Positions 1 through 8,829 of a DNA stretch of 17,655 bases are shown here, piece by piece. Each line of letters begins with the position of its first letter. Within the stretch, counting starts at the first letter, position 1. The notes under the pieces are model-generated. The model searched no databases. It had not been told where the DNA came from and saw only the letters and a program-made list of their open reading frames with translations. Made by a program: the position numbers and the translations under genes. The stretch is from a virus (Duplodnaviria > Heunggongvirae > Uroviricota > Caudoviricetes), in IMG/VR virus record IMGVR_UViG_3300014204_013127; one strand, given 5' to 3'.

Positions 1-24
1 CAGTTTCTATTTTTACGGCTTAAA

Positions 25-33
25 TGCTATAAT
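25..33 (+). promoter_or_regulatory. extended -10 promoter element (TGnTATAAT)
   Basis: TGCTATAAT at 25-33, followed by GGAGG (40-44) and ATG at 50; no good -35. Confidence 0.45.
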
Positions 34-49
34 GTATTCGGAGGCACAT

Positions 50-247
50 ATGGTTATTTTATTGGTTGTTATTCTTGTTTTGGTGTTGATAACATTGGCT
101 CTTTTAGTTGCGGCATGCTTTTTGTTGGTCAAGCTCTCTAACGAATTGGGCGAATTGTGGGAAGTTGTGCAAGCCCAAAGATCGAACGTTAGTCGATTGA
201 TGAATTGGGTTGGTGGCGTGGGCGATGAAAACAGGGATCAATCTTGA
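50..247 (+). CDS. small single-pass membrane protein, hypothetical
   Basis: Long hydrophobic N-terminal run (VILLVVILVLVLITLALLVAACFLLV). Start moved from 32 to ATG 50 because GGAGG lies at 40-44. Confidence 0.7.
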   Translation: MVILLVVILVLVLITLALLVAACFLLVKLSNELGELWEVVQAQRSNVSRLMNWVGGVGDENRDQS

Positions 248-273
248 CTTTTGTCTGAGTTTTATGCTATCCT
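244..273 (+). promoter_or_regulatory. sigma70-type promoter, probably giving a leaderless mRNA
   Basis: TTGACT (244-249), 18 nt, TG-c-TATCCT (268-273). ATG at 280 lies 6 nt after the -10 and has no SD. Confidence 0.55.
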
Positions 274-279
274 ATAATC

Positions 280-1326
280 ATGCTCATAGAATACAAAAAA
301 TTTAATAGCAAGCGTCGTTTTGGTATTGAATTAGAAGTCAGCAGCGTAAAAAATCAAGTTATCCGTGGTTCTTCCAAAGAATCAGTGTGGACCGATCAGT
401 TTGGCTATCGTCATCCATGTATTAGCAAACAATACATTAGAGATATTATTGCCAAAAAATCTTCTCGGCACATTGTGGTAACAGATGGTATTTTTGGTGA
501 CGATTGCCCAGGATGGGCACAAACCAGCCAAAATGATTATTGGCATGTCAAGTATGACAGCACCTGTGGTCCGCTCGGCAAGAAAAAAGACAATGGTGGA
601 TGGGAAGTTGCTTCGTTTATCGCCCAGGGCCAGCGTGATCTTTTGCACATAGGTAATGTGGCAGATGCTTTGCGAAAAGCTGGTGTAGAAGTCAACAATA
701 ATTGTGGGCTTCATATTCACGCAGAAGTTAAAGATTTTGCCCCAGAGCAAGTTGCCGTTCTTGTTGCTCGATGGATTAAAATAGAGCCGTGGATATGCCA
801 AATGCTTCCACCACATCGCCGCACAAATAAATATTGCAAATTATTGGGAAAACATTTTAAGTATGAAGGAGTATTTGAAACTCCAGAAGATTATTGGCGT
901 TATATTAAGCCTTCAAATCTCAATGTACATGAGAATCCTCAAAAAAAATTGGCAATAAATTTGGTGAACTATGCGGCTGCCATAAGGGGTGAAGCAGGGC
1001 ATGGGGGATATGATACGAGTCGTAAAACAGTAGAATTACGGATGCCAGAGGGCACATTAACCAGTTCGGAAATTATTAATTGGACATATTTATATTTGTG
1101 GTTTGTGGATTTTTCAAAAAACAAAATTATGCCGACTGATTTTTCCCAAGTACCTACTTTGGAGGAATTTTTGAGGTATTTGGGACTAGAAAAAGATAAA
1201 GGTGTTTATTTATTGTCGGATGAGTTATTTGAATTAAAAAAGTGGATATTGAATCGTATGGTTCAATGGGGTAATTTGAAGCACAAAAAAGAAGCACAAA
1301 AGAAGTTGAAATTTATGGAGCTATGA
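280..1326 (+). CDS. putative amidoligase enzyme (amidoligase_2 / glutamine synthetase-like COOH-NH2 ligase)
   Basis: Family motifs RRFGIELEV, GWEVAS, CGLHIH and TVELR-PEGT in the expected order. Confidence 0.85.
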   Translation: MLIEYKKFNSKRRFGIELEVSSVKNQVIRGSSKESVWTDQFGYRHPCISKQYIRDIIAKKSSRHIVVTDGIFGDDCPGWAQTSQNDYWHVKYDSTCGPLGKKKDNGGWEVASFIAQGQRDLLHIGNVADALRKAGVEVNNNCGLHIHAEVKDFAPEQVAVLVARWIKIEPWICQMLPPHRRTNKYCKLLGKHFKYEGVFETPEDYWRYIKPSNLNVHENPQKKLAINLVNYAAAIRGEAGHGGYDTSRKTVELRMPEGTLTSSEIINWTYLYLWFVDFSKNKIMPTDFSQVPTLEEFLRYLGLEKDKGVYLLSDELFELKKWILNRMVQWGNLKHKKEAQKKLKFMEL

Positions 1327-1380
1327 ACACAAGAGGTTTGCCACTTGTGAATCATATATAATTAAAAAGGGAGGTGAGTT

Positions 1381-1659
1381 ATGCTTTGGTTGATTGGATT
1401 TTTATTTTATGCTATAATTGTGGGATTGATTGCGAAAGCTATCATGCCTGCGGCTGCCCCTGTAGGGCTATTATCAACAATTGTGGTTGGTGTTGTTGGC
1501 TCTTATGTTGGAGGGCTTATTAATTTCCTGATTGGTAGAGGTGAATTTGGACAAACTTCTGGCATCATTCTTGGCATCGTTGGCGGCATTGTTGCCCTGT
1601 GGATATGGCGATGGTGGAACACGCAACAAGCTGGTGTTAGTTTTTGGAATGGCAAATGA
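1381..1659 (+). CDS. GlsB/YeaQ/YmgE family (transglycosylase-associated) membrane protein
   Basis: Three Gly-rich TM helices with IIVGLIAKAIMP and IVVGVVGSYVGG; strong SD GGGAGGTG at 1369-1376. Confidence 0.85.
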   Translation: MLWLIGFLFYAIIVGLIAKAIMPAAAPVGLLSTIVVGVVGSYVGGLINFLIGRGEFGQTSGIILGIVGGIVALWIWRWWNTQQAGVSFWNGK

Positions 1660-1877
1660 ATCAGGAAGTGATTGATAAGCTAAGAGAAAGATATGTTGAT
1701 TTGCATCCTTTGATTTTTTTGAGATCAGTGGAGCATGCCAAAGACACAGGAGAGCTTTTTGAAATTTTAGAAAGTTTTCCTAAAAAATACCCTGTGGCTT
1801 GGGACGAACAAACTCGTTGCTGGGCTGTGGCTGATCCTATTCGATTAAATGAATTGAAAAAAATTGTAGAAAAGTAA
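1656..1877 (+). CDS. hypothetical protein
   Basis: ATGA overlap with the upstream stop (start 1656, MNQEVIDKL) and TAATG coupling to the next gene. Confidence 0.7.
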   Translation: MNQEVIDKLRERYVDLHPLIFLRSVEHAKDTGELFEILESFPKKYPVAWDEQTRCWAVADPIRLNELKKIVEK

Positions 1878-2452
1878 TGTATCTCTGCGAAGAATATCTT
1901 AAACGGCACGGTATCGATATACCTTATGTTAAACACATCCGATCAGGATGTGCTTTTTTCAAGCCCGCCGACAACAATTGGTATTTATTGACCATTAATT
2001 GGCAAGAGCCAACATGGCGTCCGGGGGTATATTATATAAAAACTTACGAGCCAATACATAACGGATACAGAGATGGTGTTTTGTTTGAACAATTAACTGA
2101 AAATAAATTGTTTTTGGATGAATATGAAGATTTTTTTCTCGAATGGAGAAAAAATGTTGTAAGACTGCCTTGGCAAAAAGAATTACGATTAATTACATGG
2201 GAAATTTGCCTCTATTGTTATGATGGTTTGTTGGCAAGTTATGTGTCAAAACAGGACTTTCTTTCCACTATAGACCCGAGTTTGTCTGTTGAATCCCGAC
2301 TAGAATCTTTAGATAAAATTTTGATATATTTTCAAAATAAGTTGCCGTTGTTTGTAGAGGCGTTAAACATGGATATGAGAAGATATTCAAAGGAATATGC
2401 CAATTGGTTAGCGGAGTTAGTACATGGAAATACTAAAAATTCGCAATCCTAA
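1877..2452 (+). CDS. hypothetical protein
   Basis: 191-aa ORF translationally coupled upstream (TAATG); no family recognised. Confidence 0.7.
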   Translation: MYLCEEYLKRHGIDIPYVKHIRSGCAFFKPADNNWYLLTINWQEPTWRPGVYYIKTYEPIHNGYRDGVLFEQLTENKLFLDEYEDFFLEWRKNVVRLPWQKELRLITWEICLYCYDGLLASYVSKQDFLSTIDPSLSVESRLESLDKILIYFQNKLPLFVEALNMDMRRYSKEYANWLAELVHGNTKNSQS

Positions 2453-3404
2453 GTCGAGCTTTTCCTACATTAAAATAAAGCCGCATCAGGAATTTTTCCT
2501 CCATTTTTCCTCCATATTTGGCAATAATCCAGCAGAGCAGATTCTGGATTTTACTTGGAATAGTGAATATTTGGAGTGTGAGGAAAATTTAAACAAAGAT
2601 CGTCCCGATGGACCAGTTGATATGCGTTTTCGTCAATTATATCCAGATATCATGGATGATTGGGCGAAATATTCTTCGGTCGTGTTGGGCGAAATATGTG
2701 TTGTGCGACAGCACGGACAATCTAACATGGTGGTTGTTTTAGAACAATCTACACCCAAGGTCAATGATATACTTACAATTATCGACCCAGACAATATCAC
2801 CCTCACATTACGTCCAAAACAAATTTTAGAAATAGTTTTATCGGGCAATAAGGGAACTTGTCATTATTGTGCAACTGGACTCTCAAGCTCGCAGTGTTTT
2901 TATCATAAAGTTGCTTGTGCCTCAATGGAAATAAATGAAGAGTGCATGAAATGCAATGGCACTAAAGAGGCAGAGGGAATCTATACGGTCAACATTGGCA
3001 GCGATCAAGAGCCGGTGCGAGTGATGCCTAAGGTAACAGGATGTGCAATGCATTCTTGGTATAGAAATTTTCTTGCTGGTGCTAATTGGCCCGCTGGTGC
3101 CTATAATGCTGGAAGGATTTATTGCGAAGGAGTAGAAAATGAAGGGCAAATTAATTTAAATCTCAAATTGCGAAGAAAAGACACAAAAAACAAAGGACTA
3201 TCTATTCCATCTGTTCAAAATACAGTTGTTCCATATTGTAAAAATGTTATACTAGAAGAAATAGGTGGTGAATTTGAAGATTGTGAAACTGTAGAATATG
3301 TTGGCGAAAACAAAATTATTAAAACTGTAGATAATCGAATAATAGTTTGCAATTCACACGAAAGGAACGCTCGTTGCTCTGCCCATGCTAACTCGTATAA
3401 TTAA
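2424..3404 (+). CDS. hypothetical protein with Cys/His-rich putative metal-binding motifs
   Basis: 326-aa ORF containing CHYC, CFYH, CMKC and CAMH; no family recognised. Confidence 0.7.
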   Translation: MEILKIRNPKSSFSYIKIKPHQEFFLHFSSIFGNNPAEQILDFTWNSEYLECEENLNKDRPDGPVDMRFRQLYPDIMDDWAKYSSVVLGEICVVRQHGQSNMVVVLEQSTPKVNDILTIIDPDNITLTLRPKQILEIVLSGNKGTCHYCATGLSSSQCFYHKVACASMEINEECMKCNGTKEAEGIYTVNIGSDQEPVRVMPKVTGCAMHSWYRNFLAGANWPAGAYNAGRIYCEGVENEGQINLNLKLRRKDTKNKGLSIPSVQNTVVPYCKNVILEEIGGEFEDCETVEYVGENKIIKTVDNRIIVCNSHERNARCSAHANSYN

Positions 3405-3972
3405 AGAATCTTTAAAACGCCCAAATCCTGGTCAATTTGCCATTGAACCACAAGCCAACCACGCATTGGTTTGGATAGCATGCAGAGATCGTTTTAATAC
3501 GTGTTATTTCACAGAAGATACAGAAGGTTTTTACGTGTCTCATTTGGCTGGCGATGCTGTAAAAGTTTCTGCTTTTATGTATAAAACGGAAGTAATATTG
3601 GGTGTTTCATATTCTGAGTTTGCCCCCACTAATCGAGATTATATTACTTGGATTGCTCCATCTTTATTCTGGAAAGATAATTTTATTCGACGGTCTTTGC
3701 TTACTTTGTTGCTGCGGGCTGGAACTGCCTATGATCCAAAAACTGATAATTATGAGGAAGCCTTGTATTCCAACAAATACCTTAAAGACAGCAAACCGGC
3801 TGTTATGCGGTTTCTTTTCGGTTTTACAGAATTTCCAAGTGCTGGCCCCGATTGGAGCACAGGATGGTGGGCTACTTTTGTGAATAAATCAACAGAAGAA
3901 GTCAGAAGGGCGTTGGTTTCAAAGAAGGTCAGCGAACCTTCTGTAGTAGGCCAAGGCAGCCTTTGGAGATAA
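3385..3972 (+). CDS. hypothetical protein
   Basis: 195-aa ORF overlapping the upstream stop, in the co-directional gene run. Confidence 0.7.
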   Translation: MLTRIIKESLKRPNPGQFAIEPQANHALVWIACRDRFNTCYFTEDTEGFYVSHLAGDAVKVSAFMYKTEVILGVSYSEFAPTNRDYITWIAPSLFWKDNFIRRSLLTLLLRAGTAYDPKTDNYEEALYSNKYLKDSKPAVMRFLFGFTEFPSAGPDWSTGWWATFVNKSTEEVRRALVSKKVSEPSVVGQGSLWR

Positions 3973-4067
3973 ACAATACTATCAGCAAAATTATGTCGCT
4001 CGGATGGAAGCCTCAATTTAATCTTGAAGAGGGGCTACAAAAGACGGTAGAATACTACCTTTCTTAG
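3948..4067 (+). pseudogene. C-terminal remnant of an NAD-dependent epimerase/dehydratase (extended SDR)
   Basis: The frame ending at TAG 4065-4067 reads RPRQPLEINNTISKIMSLGWKPQFNLEEGLQKTVEYYLS, matching the RPgd-x-DisKa-x-LGWxP-x-LEEGLxxTxxWY terminus of sugar-nucleotide epimerases. In-frame TAA at 3885-3887, so no N-terminal domain. Confidence 0.75.
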
Positions 4068-4068
4068 G

Positions 4069-4096
4069 TTTACAAAAATCCCTTCTGAAGTATAAT
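4069..4096 (+). promoter_or_regulatory. sigma70-type promoter, leaderless start
   Basis: TTTACA (4069-4074), 16 nt, TATAAT (4091-4096); ATG 6 nt later at 4103. Confidence 0.7.
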
Positions 4097-4102
4097 AGGG
4101 GC

Positions 4103-4798
4103 ATGGACTATTTCACAGCAGATACTCATTTTGGACACGGCAATATTCTGAAATATTGCCACCGGCTGCAATTCATGACAGATTCCGAACGGGCTGTTAT
4201 GGCAAGCGGCGATCATAAAGCTATATCCCAGTTGAGGATAAGCCAAGAAAGCATTAGCCGAATGGATCGGGGAATGCTTGACCACATTAACTCTGTGGTG
4301 GGGGAAAAGGATCGACTTATTCATGTGGGAGACTTCTGTTGGGTGCGTGGCGACCCCCACCGAATAGCTGGTGCTTTCATCTATTACAGAAAGCAGATTA
4401 AATGTCGCAATGTTGTTTTGGTTTGGGGAAACCATGATCCTAAGCAATTTTCTGCGGGCAGAGAGGCAATTGATGCGTCCGGGTATTTTCGAACGCATGC
4501 CGATATGTTGTCTTTGAGAATTGGGGACAAAAATTATGTAGCGTCCCATTATGCTTATGCGATTTGGGATCGTCGCCACCACGGAGCAAGAAACCTATAC
4601 GGACATTCTCATGCCCGTGCTGAGGCTTGGCTTGATTCCATTATGCCCGGTCGATTTTCAATGGATGTGGGCATAGACAATGCATTCAAACTTCTGGGTG
4701 AATATCGACCTTTTTCCCTTGATGAAATTGAATCCATAATGTCCACCCGATCTGGGTTTGGATTGTTGAGAAAAGGAGAAGATGATGAACGTGGGTGA
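4103..4798 (+). CDS. calcineurin-like metallophosphoesterase
   Basis: All signature motifs present: DTHFGH, GDF, GNHD, SHY, GHSH, plus DVGID. Confidence 0.9.
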   Translation: MDYFTADTHFGHGNILKYCHRLQFMTDSERAVMASGDHKAISQLRISQESISRMDRGMLDHINSVVGEKDRLIHVGDFCWVRGDPHRIAGAFIYYRKQIKCRNVVLVWGNHDPKQFSAGREAIDASGYFRTHADMLSLRIGDKNYVASHYAYAIWDRRHHGARNLYGHSHARAEAWLDSIMPGRFSMDVGIDNAFKLLGEYRPFSLDEIESIMSTRSGFGLLRKGEDDERG

Positions 4799-5177
4799 GC
4801 AAACTGCACCAGTAGGTCAGTGTCCATGTATTATTGCTCTGCAAAGCAATGTTGATTTGATCTTGTGCAAGGATAAGGCGACGGCTCGAAAGCAAGCTCT
4901 AGCCTATATGGCAGAGTGGTATCAAGATGATTTGGATTGGTCCTATATGCCAGAATTTATCAAAGCATTCAATGATGCTGTGGATGATCTGGAAGATGAA
5001 AATAAATTCCAAATAGTTTGGAATATTTGGGAAGAGCATGCCAATGGTGAGTTTGAATTTATCAAAATTATTGATAAGATTCACACAGCAGAAGATATAG
5101 CGTTGGAGAAGTTGGCCGAAGACGAGGAACAAAATGACACCCAAGCAGAAGAAGTTTCTGACGGATTTGTGGTTTGA
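4785..5177 (+). CDS. acidic hypothetical protein
   Basis: AGGAG at 4774-4778 favours ATG 4785; overlaps the upstream stop. Confidence 0.7.
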   Translation: MNVGEQTAPVGQCPCIIALQSNVDLILCKDKATARKQALAYMAEWYQDDLDWSYMPEFIKAFNDAVDDLEDENKFQIVWNIWEEHANGEFEFIKIIDKIHTAEDIALEKLAEDEEQNDTQAEEVSDGFVV

Positions 5178-5355
5178 TGAATTTATAGGGCAAAATAATT
5201 TATGCGGATTGTGTGGCAACACAGGTCGTATCGATACTGTGGGAAAAGTAACCTCACCAGCGGGTTTTCCTGCGGGCGGTGAGTTTTTTTGTATTTGTCC
5301 AAATGGCAGAGCAATGAAGGAAGCAAATGATGTCAAGCAAGCCAAAAAAAATTAG
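5134..5355 (+). CDS. small putative zinc-binding protein
   Basis: CGLCGNTG and FCICPNG give two Cys pairs. Confidence 0.6.
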   Translation: MTPKQKKFLTDLWFDEFIGQNNLCGLCGNTGRIDTVGKVTSPAGFPAGGEFFCICPNGRAMKEANDVKQAKKN

Positions 5356-6127
5356 TGGCACCTTGGAGTGGGCAGTGGCAAATGTGAATTGCATCAAAGG
5401 CTGTAGCCACAATTGCCGCTATTGCTACGCACGCTCCCGAGCTATGCGGTTCAAGCAAATCAACACTCCCGAGGATTGGACTAAGCCGGAAGTCCGAGAG
5501 CATGATGTCAAAAAGAATCGAAAAAAAGAAGATGGAACAGTGATGTTCCCCACCACGCATGACATTGTTCCAGAAATGATTGAGCCTTGCGTCATTGTGT
5601 TGCGAAAACTTCTGGAAGCTGGCAACGATATTCTCATTGTGTCCAAGCCTCATTTGGAGTGCATTAAACGACTTTGCCATGAGTTTGAAGAGTATAAGGA
5701 TCACATTCTTTTCCGATTTACTATTGGGGCATTTGACGATGCAATCCTAAAATATTGGGAACCAGGAGCCCCGAATTTCTTTGAGCGTATGGCTGCCCTG
5801 AAATACGCATTTGTAGCTGGGTTCAAAACAAGCGTAAGTTGTGAGCCCATGTTGGATGCTCCCAATATGGTTGAATTATTCAACACGTTGGAGTTGTTTG
5901 TCACCGATAGCATTTGGATCGGGAAGATGAACAAAGTCAGACAGAGAGTAATCATTGAAACAGAGGAAGACGAGCGGCAGGTCGCCCGTATTGAGGCTGG
6001 ACAGACCGATGATAAAATATGGGAAATTTATGAAGCCTTGCAGGATCGCAAGGTTGTTAAATGGAAAGAGTCCGTAAAAGAGATTGTGGGACTTACTTTA
6101 GCAATTGAGCCGGGGACAGACGAATGA
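5327..6127 (+). CDS. radical SAM protein (spore photoproduct lyase-like / Gp37Gp68-like neighbourhood)
   Basis: CxxxCxxC motif GCSHNCRYCYAR after TLEW; later EPGAP..ERMAAL and SCEPML as in SPL-like radical SAM folds. Exact subfamily not resolved. Confidence 0.8.
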   Translation: MMSSKPKKISGTLEWAVANVNCIKGCSHNCRYCYARSRAMRFKQINTPEDWTKPEVREHDVKKNRKKEDGTVMFPTTHDIVPEMIEPCVIVLRKLLEAGNDILIVSKPHLECIKRLCHEFEEYKDHILFRFTIGAFDDAILKYWEPGAPNFFERMAALKYAFVAGFKTSVSCEPMLDAPNMVELFNTLELFVTDSIWIGKMNKVRQRVIIETEEDERQVARIEAGQTDDKIWEIYEALQDRKVVKWKESVKEIVGLTLAIEPGTDE

Positions 6128-6354
6128 GTGGCATTGCTAAAATAACGGTGTATTTAATAGTGCTTATTCCGGCTACGCCGATTGGACTGTTGCTTTATAT
6201 AGGTCTGGTCAAGTTATTTGAGCCACATAATGCGTTTTTGTGTTTGCTTTGTGCTTTCGGAGCAGCGTTTGTAGCATCGATTTTAGTTCTTTATTCCATC
6301 ATTGGTGTGATGGTTTTATTGGCACTTCGCAAAAAGAAACAGACAAATGAATAG
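6124..6354 (+). CDS. two-TM membrane protein, hypothetical
   Basis: Two hydrophobic helices and a basic C-terminal tail; ATGA overlap. Confidence 0.7.
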   Translation: MSGIAKITVYLIVLIPATPIGLLLYIGLVKLFEPHNAFLCLLCAFGAAFVASILVLYSIIGVMVLLALRKKKQTNE

Positions 6355-6844
6355 CGTTAAAATTAAAGAATTTTTGGACATTAGAAAACGTTGCAAAGCA
6401 GCAGGTGTTGCTGAACCACCGGAAGTATCAAATGCTTTAAAAGGTTGTGCGTTGATGCCTTCCGTGGTCGAATTGTCGGCAATGAGAAAAGAGTACAAGT
6501 TTTTAAGCAAAGGAATACAACAGAAGGTTGATTTTCCTGCGTTAAAACTAAGATTGCATCTGCACATTTATTGGGAAGAAGACGACTACGCCAGTTTTGA
6601 AATTGAGGGCGTGAACATCATTGATCCAACATTTTTGGAAAAAACGTTTTTTCAGGAACAGCAGCAAGCATTTGATGATATGGTTGGGCACAACGGTACG
6701 GTCGAGGATGCAATATGGCAATTAAAATTATTCAAGGATTTTAACAAGAGAGTCAAAGATTGTTGCCAAAAGGCAAAAAAGTTTGAAAGTAAATATCCTG
6801 GGTTTGATTGGTATAGAGACATAGTTGAAATTGTCGAACAATAG
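6347..6844 (+). CDS. hypothetical protein
   Basis: 165-aa ORF overlapping the upstream gene. Confidence 0.7.
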   Translation: MNSVKIKEFLDIRKRCKAAGVAEPPEVSNALKGCALMPSVVELSAMRKEYKFLSKGIQQKVDFPALKLRLHLHIYWEEDDYASFEIEGVNIIDPTFLEKTFFQEQQQAFDDMVGHNGTVEDAIWQLKLFKDFNKRVKDCCQKAKKFESKYPGFDWYRDIVEIVEQ

Positions 6845-6855
6845 AGGAGGTAGTG

Positions 6856-7293
6856 ATGCAAAGCTTAAAACAAGAGCTAGACAACATACTTTCTGGGCAA
6901 CGCAAGCACCTACGTGTGGATGCAGAATTGATTGCAAAATCCAATGCCAGCCAATCACCCCAGGATGTATCCCAGCGTAATTGTCGTGCCTTGGATAGAT
7001 TTGTGCCATTGGTCAACTGTCTCTCGGATGTGGCAAAATTCGTAGATTGGTTTTGGGGATATTATTATGGTGAAAAGAAATCAAAAGACGAAAAAGCACT
7101 GTTGGCCGAAAACGAAAAGCTGAAGGCCCAAGTGAAAAGGCAAGCGGAGGAATTAAAGCATTTGCAGGAAGTGGCAGCAGCAAGAAAAAAGAAATTAGAG
7201 AATTGGCTTGTGGTCATGCGTCGTTTGAACGACAAGGTTGAGTTGTTGAATAGAAAACAAAAAGTGCGGGAATACTTGACAAAGGTGGGCTAA
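6856..7293 (+). CDS. hypothetical coiled-coil protein
   Basis: GGAGG at 6846-6850 favours ATG 6856; heptad-like K/E/L C-terminal half. Confidence 0.7.
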   Translation: MQSLKQELDNILSGQRKHLRVDAELIAKSNASQSPQDVSQRNCRALDRFVPLVNCLSDVAKFVDWFWGYYYGEKKSKDEKALLAENEKLKAQVKRQAEELKHLQEVAAARKKKLENWLVVMRRLNDKVELLNRKQKVREYLTKVG

Positions 7294-7294
7294 A

Positions 7295-7483
7295 ATGAAG
7301 ATTTTTGAAATTATCACCACCCAAGAGCCGTGCAAACTGCAACATCCCATTATTGGGATTGTTGAATGGATAAACGATCCAACGCAAGGGTGGGTGTTGG
7401 TGTTTTCCGAAGGGCCAGAAAAAGGACAGTGTTTGGTTGTGGATGAGAGCGTGATTCTCGATGATACATGGCAAACAGCATGA
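7295..7483 (+). CDS. small hypothetical protein
   Basis: 62 aa; fills the gap exactly and has an ATGA overlap with the next gene. Confidence 0.6.
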   Translation: MKIFEIITTQEPCKLQHPIIGIVEWINDPTQGWVLVFSEGPEKGQCLVVDESVILDDTWQTA

Positions 7484-7851
7484 ACGCAAAAGAAATTCAC
7501 AAATTGTTGTCGGATCAAGGTGTTCGCATTTTTTCTGTGCGGATACAAAGCAGCTATGGATTGGAAACGGAGTATTGGATACATCCCAGCCAGACCGTGC
7601 AGGAATGGCGTCTGGATGTTGCTGCATTTTTTGAAAGTAAATTTATTTCCGAAGACGATTTGCTCAATGAATTTCACACATACATGCGAGGTTTGGGATA
7701 CATTGAAATGATGGATGTAGTTGCCGATACATTTGAAGGCGAAGTGCGAATTGTGCATGAGGGAGAACATCTTACGGCAAAAATGGTGCCCGATCCCGAC
7801 CACCGAGAGGATGTGACTGGGTTTGGGCACCACGGGTGGGAATCAAAGTGA
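7480..7851 (+). CDS. hypothetical protein
   Basis: Start at ATG 7480 (ATGA overlap) preferred over 7468. Confidence 0.65.
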   Translation: MNAKEIHKLLSDQGVRIFSVRIQSSYGLETEYWIHPSQTVQEWRLDVAAFFESKFISEDDLLNEFHTYMRGLGYIEMMDVVADTFEGEVRIVHEGEHLTAKMVPDPDHREDVTGFGHHGWESK

Positions 7852-7877
7852 AAAGTTTTTCTGAAAGATGTAGAATA

Positions 7878-8204
7878 ATGGATTGGTTAAAACACGTTGA
7901 TGACCTGAAGGCTGGAAAAAGAGTCCAGATTCGACCCAAAGGTAATTCAATGGAGCCAAAGATCAGCAGCGGTGATTTGGTGACTATCGAGCCAATCAAA
8001 GAAAAAGACCACCGTATTGCAATTGTTGAAAAAGGTGATATAGTATTCTGCAAGGTGAAGGGGCATTATTATATTCACTTGGTAGAAGCTGTTAAACAAA
8101 AAATGGGTTGTGTGCTTTATCAAATCGGCAATAACAAAAAACACACCAATGGCACCATTGGTGCCGATAACATTTTTGGGAAGATAACAAAGGTGGAAAA
8201 ATGA
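7878..8204 (+). CDS. S24/S26 peptidase-like domain protein
   Basis: GNSMEPKISSGDLVTIEP and GDIVFCKV match the SM-P...GD pattern. Start could be 7878 (ATG) or 7836 (GTG). Confidence 0.7.
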   Translation: MDWLKHVDDLKAGKRVQIRPKGNSMEPKISSGDLVTIEPIKEKDHRIAIVEKGDIVFCKVKGHYYIHLVEAVKQKMGCVLYQIGNNKKHTNGTIGADNIFGKITKVEK

Positions 8205-8503
8205 ATATTGAAACCAGAAAAGAGCCCAAAGAGCCAGAGAATGCCGCTGAGGTTATGGCAAGGGCAGTCGAGTTTGCCAAAAAACGTACCGAATGTTTGG
8301 TGCTGGGCGGCAGCGAAGAAGCTGCATTGGAGGCACAACTTGCGTTGGTATGGGATGAATTTAAAGACACATCCTTGTCCAAAAATATTGGTCTTTTTTT
8401 TCCTGAGCCAATCAAGGATGATGCGACCGATCAACTCAGGCTCTGTCTGTATAAGGCTTATTTGTTGGGGCAACTTTCTGTTATCAAACTCCAAAGGTCA
8501 TGA
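8201..8503 (+). CDS. hypothetical protein
   Basis: 100-aa ORF coupled at both ends. Confidence 0.65.
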   Translation: MNIETRKEPKEPENAAEVMARAVEFAKKRTECLVLGGSEEAALEAQLALVWDEFKDTSLSKNIGLFFPEPIKDDATDQLRLCLYKAYLLGQLSVIKLQRS

Positions 8504-8793
8504 TGAACGATACAGAAAAAACACAGTGCGAACAGTTGAGGGCAATTATTGACTGGCTTTATATGCAGTCAGCCGATTTGTTTCTCTGCGGAGAAATTAT
8601 AGAGATTCACGAAGCCCGTGAGTTTCTTAGGGCAATAAAAAATGACCCCCAACATGGCTACGGAAACGATACCCTTGCTCAACATTTTTCCATGATTTGT
8701 CTCAATATCAAGCCTGCCATCGAAATTAGAATAGACAGGATGAACAATGCTCTTGAGAAAATCGAAGAAGCCCAGAAAAAGCCGGGAACATAG
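8500..8793 (+). CDS. hypothetical protein
   Basis: 97-aa ORF, ATGA overlap. Confidence 0.65.
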   Translation: MMNDTEKTQCEQLRAIIDWLYMQSADLFLCGEIIEIHEAREFLRAIKNDPQHGYGNDTLAQHFSMICLNIKPAIEIRIDRMNNALEKIEEAQKKPGT

Positions 8794-8829
8794 TTTTCCT
8801 GTACATTGGGAAGATGAAAGGACAAAATC

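Noticed and set aside
1338-1362. Promoter TTGCCA...TATAAT before the GlsB-family gene; recurring CATATATA as a late-promoter motif
   Set aside because: Spacing is only 13 nt. The TA-rich motif occurs 2-3 times in AT-rich intergenic DNA and cannot be separated from chance here.
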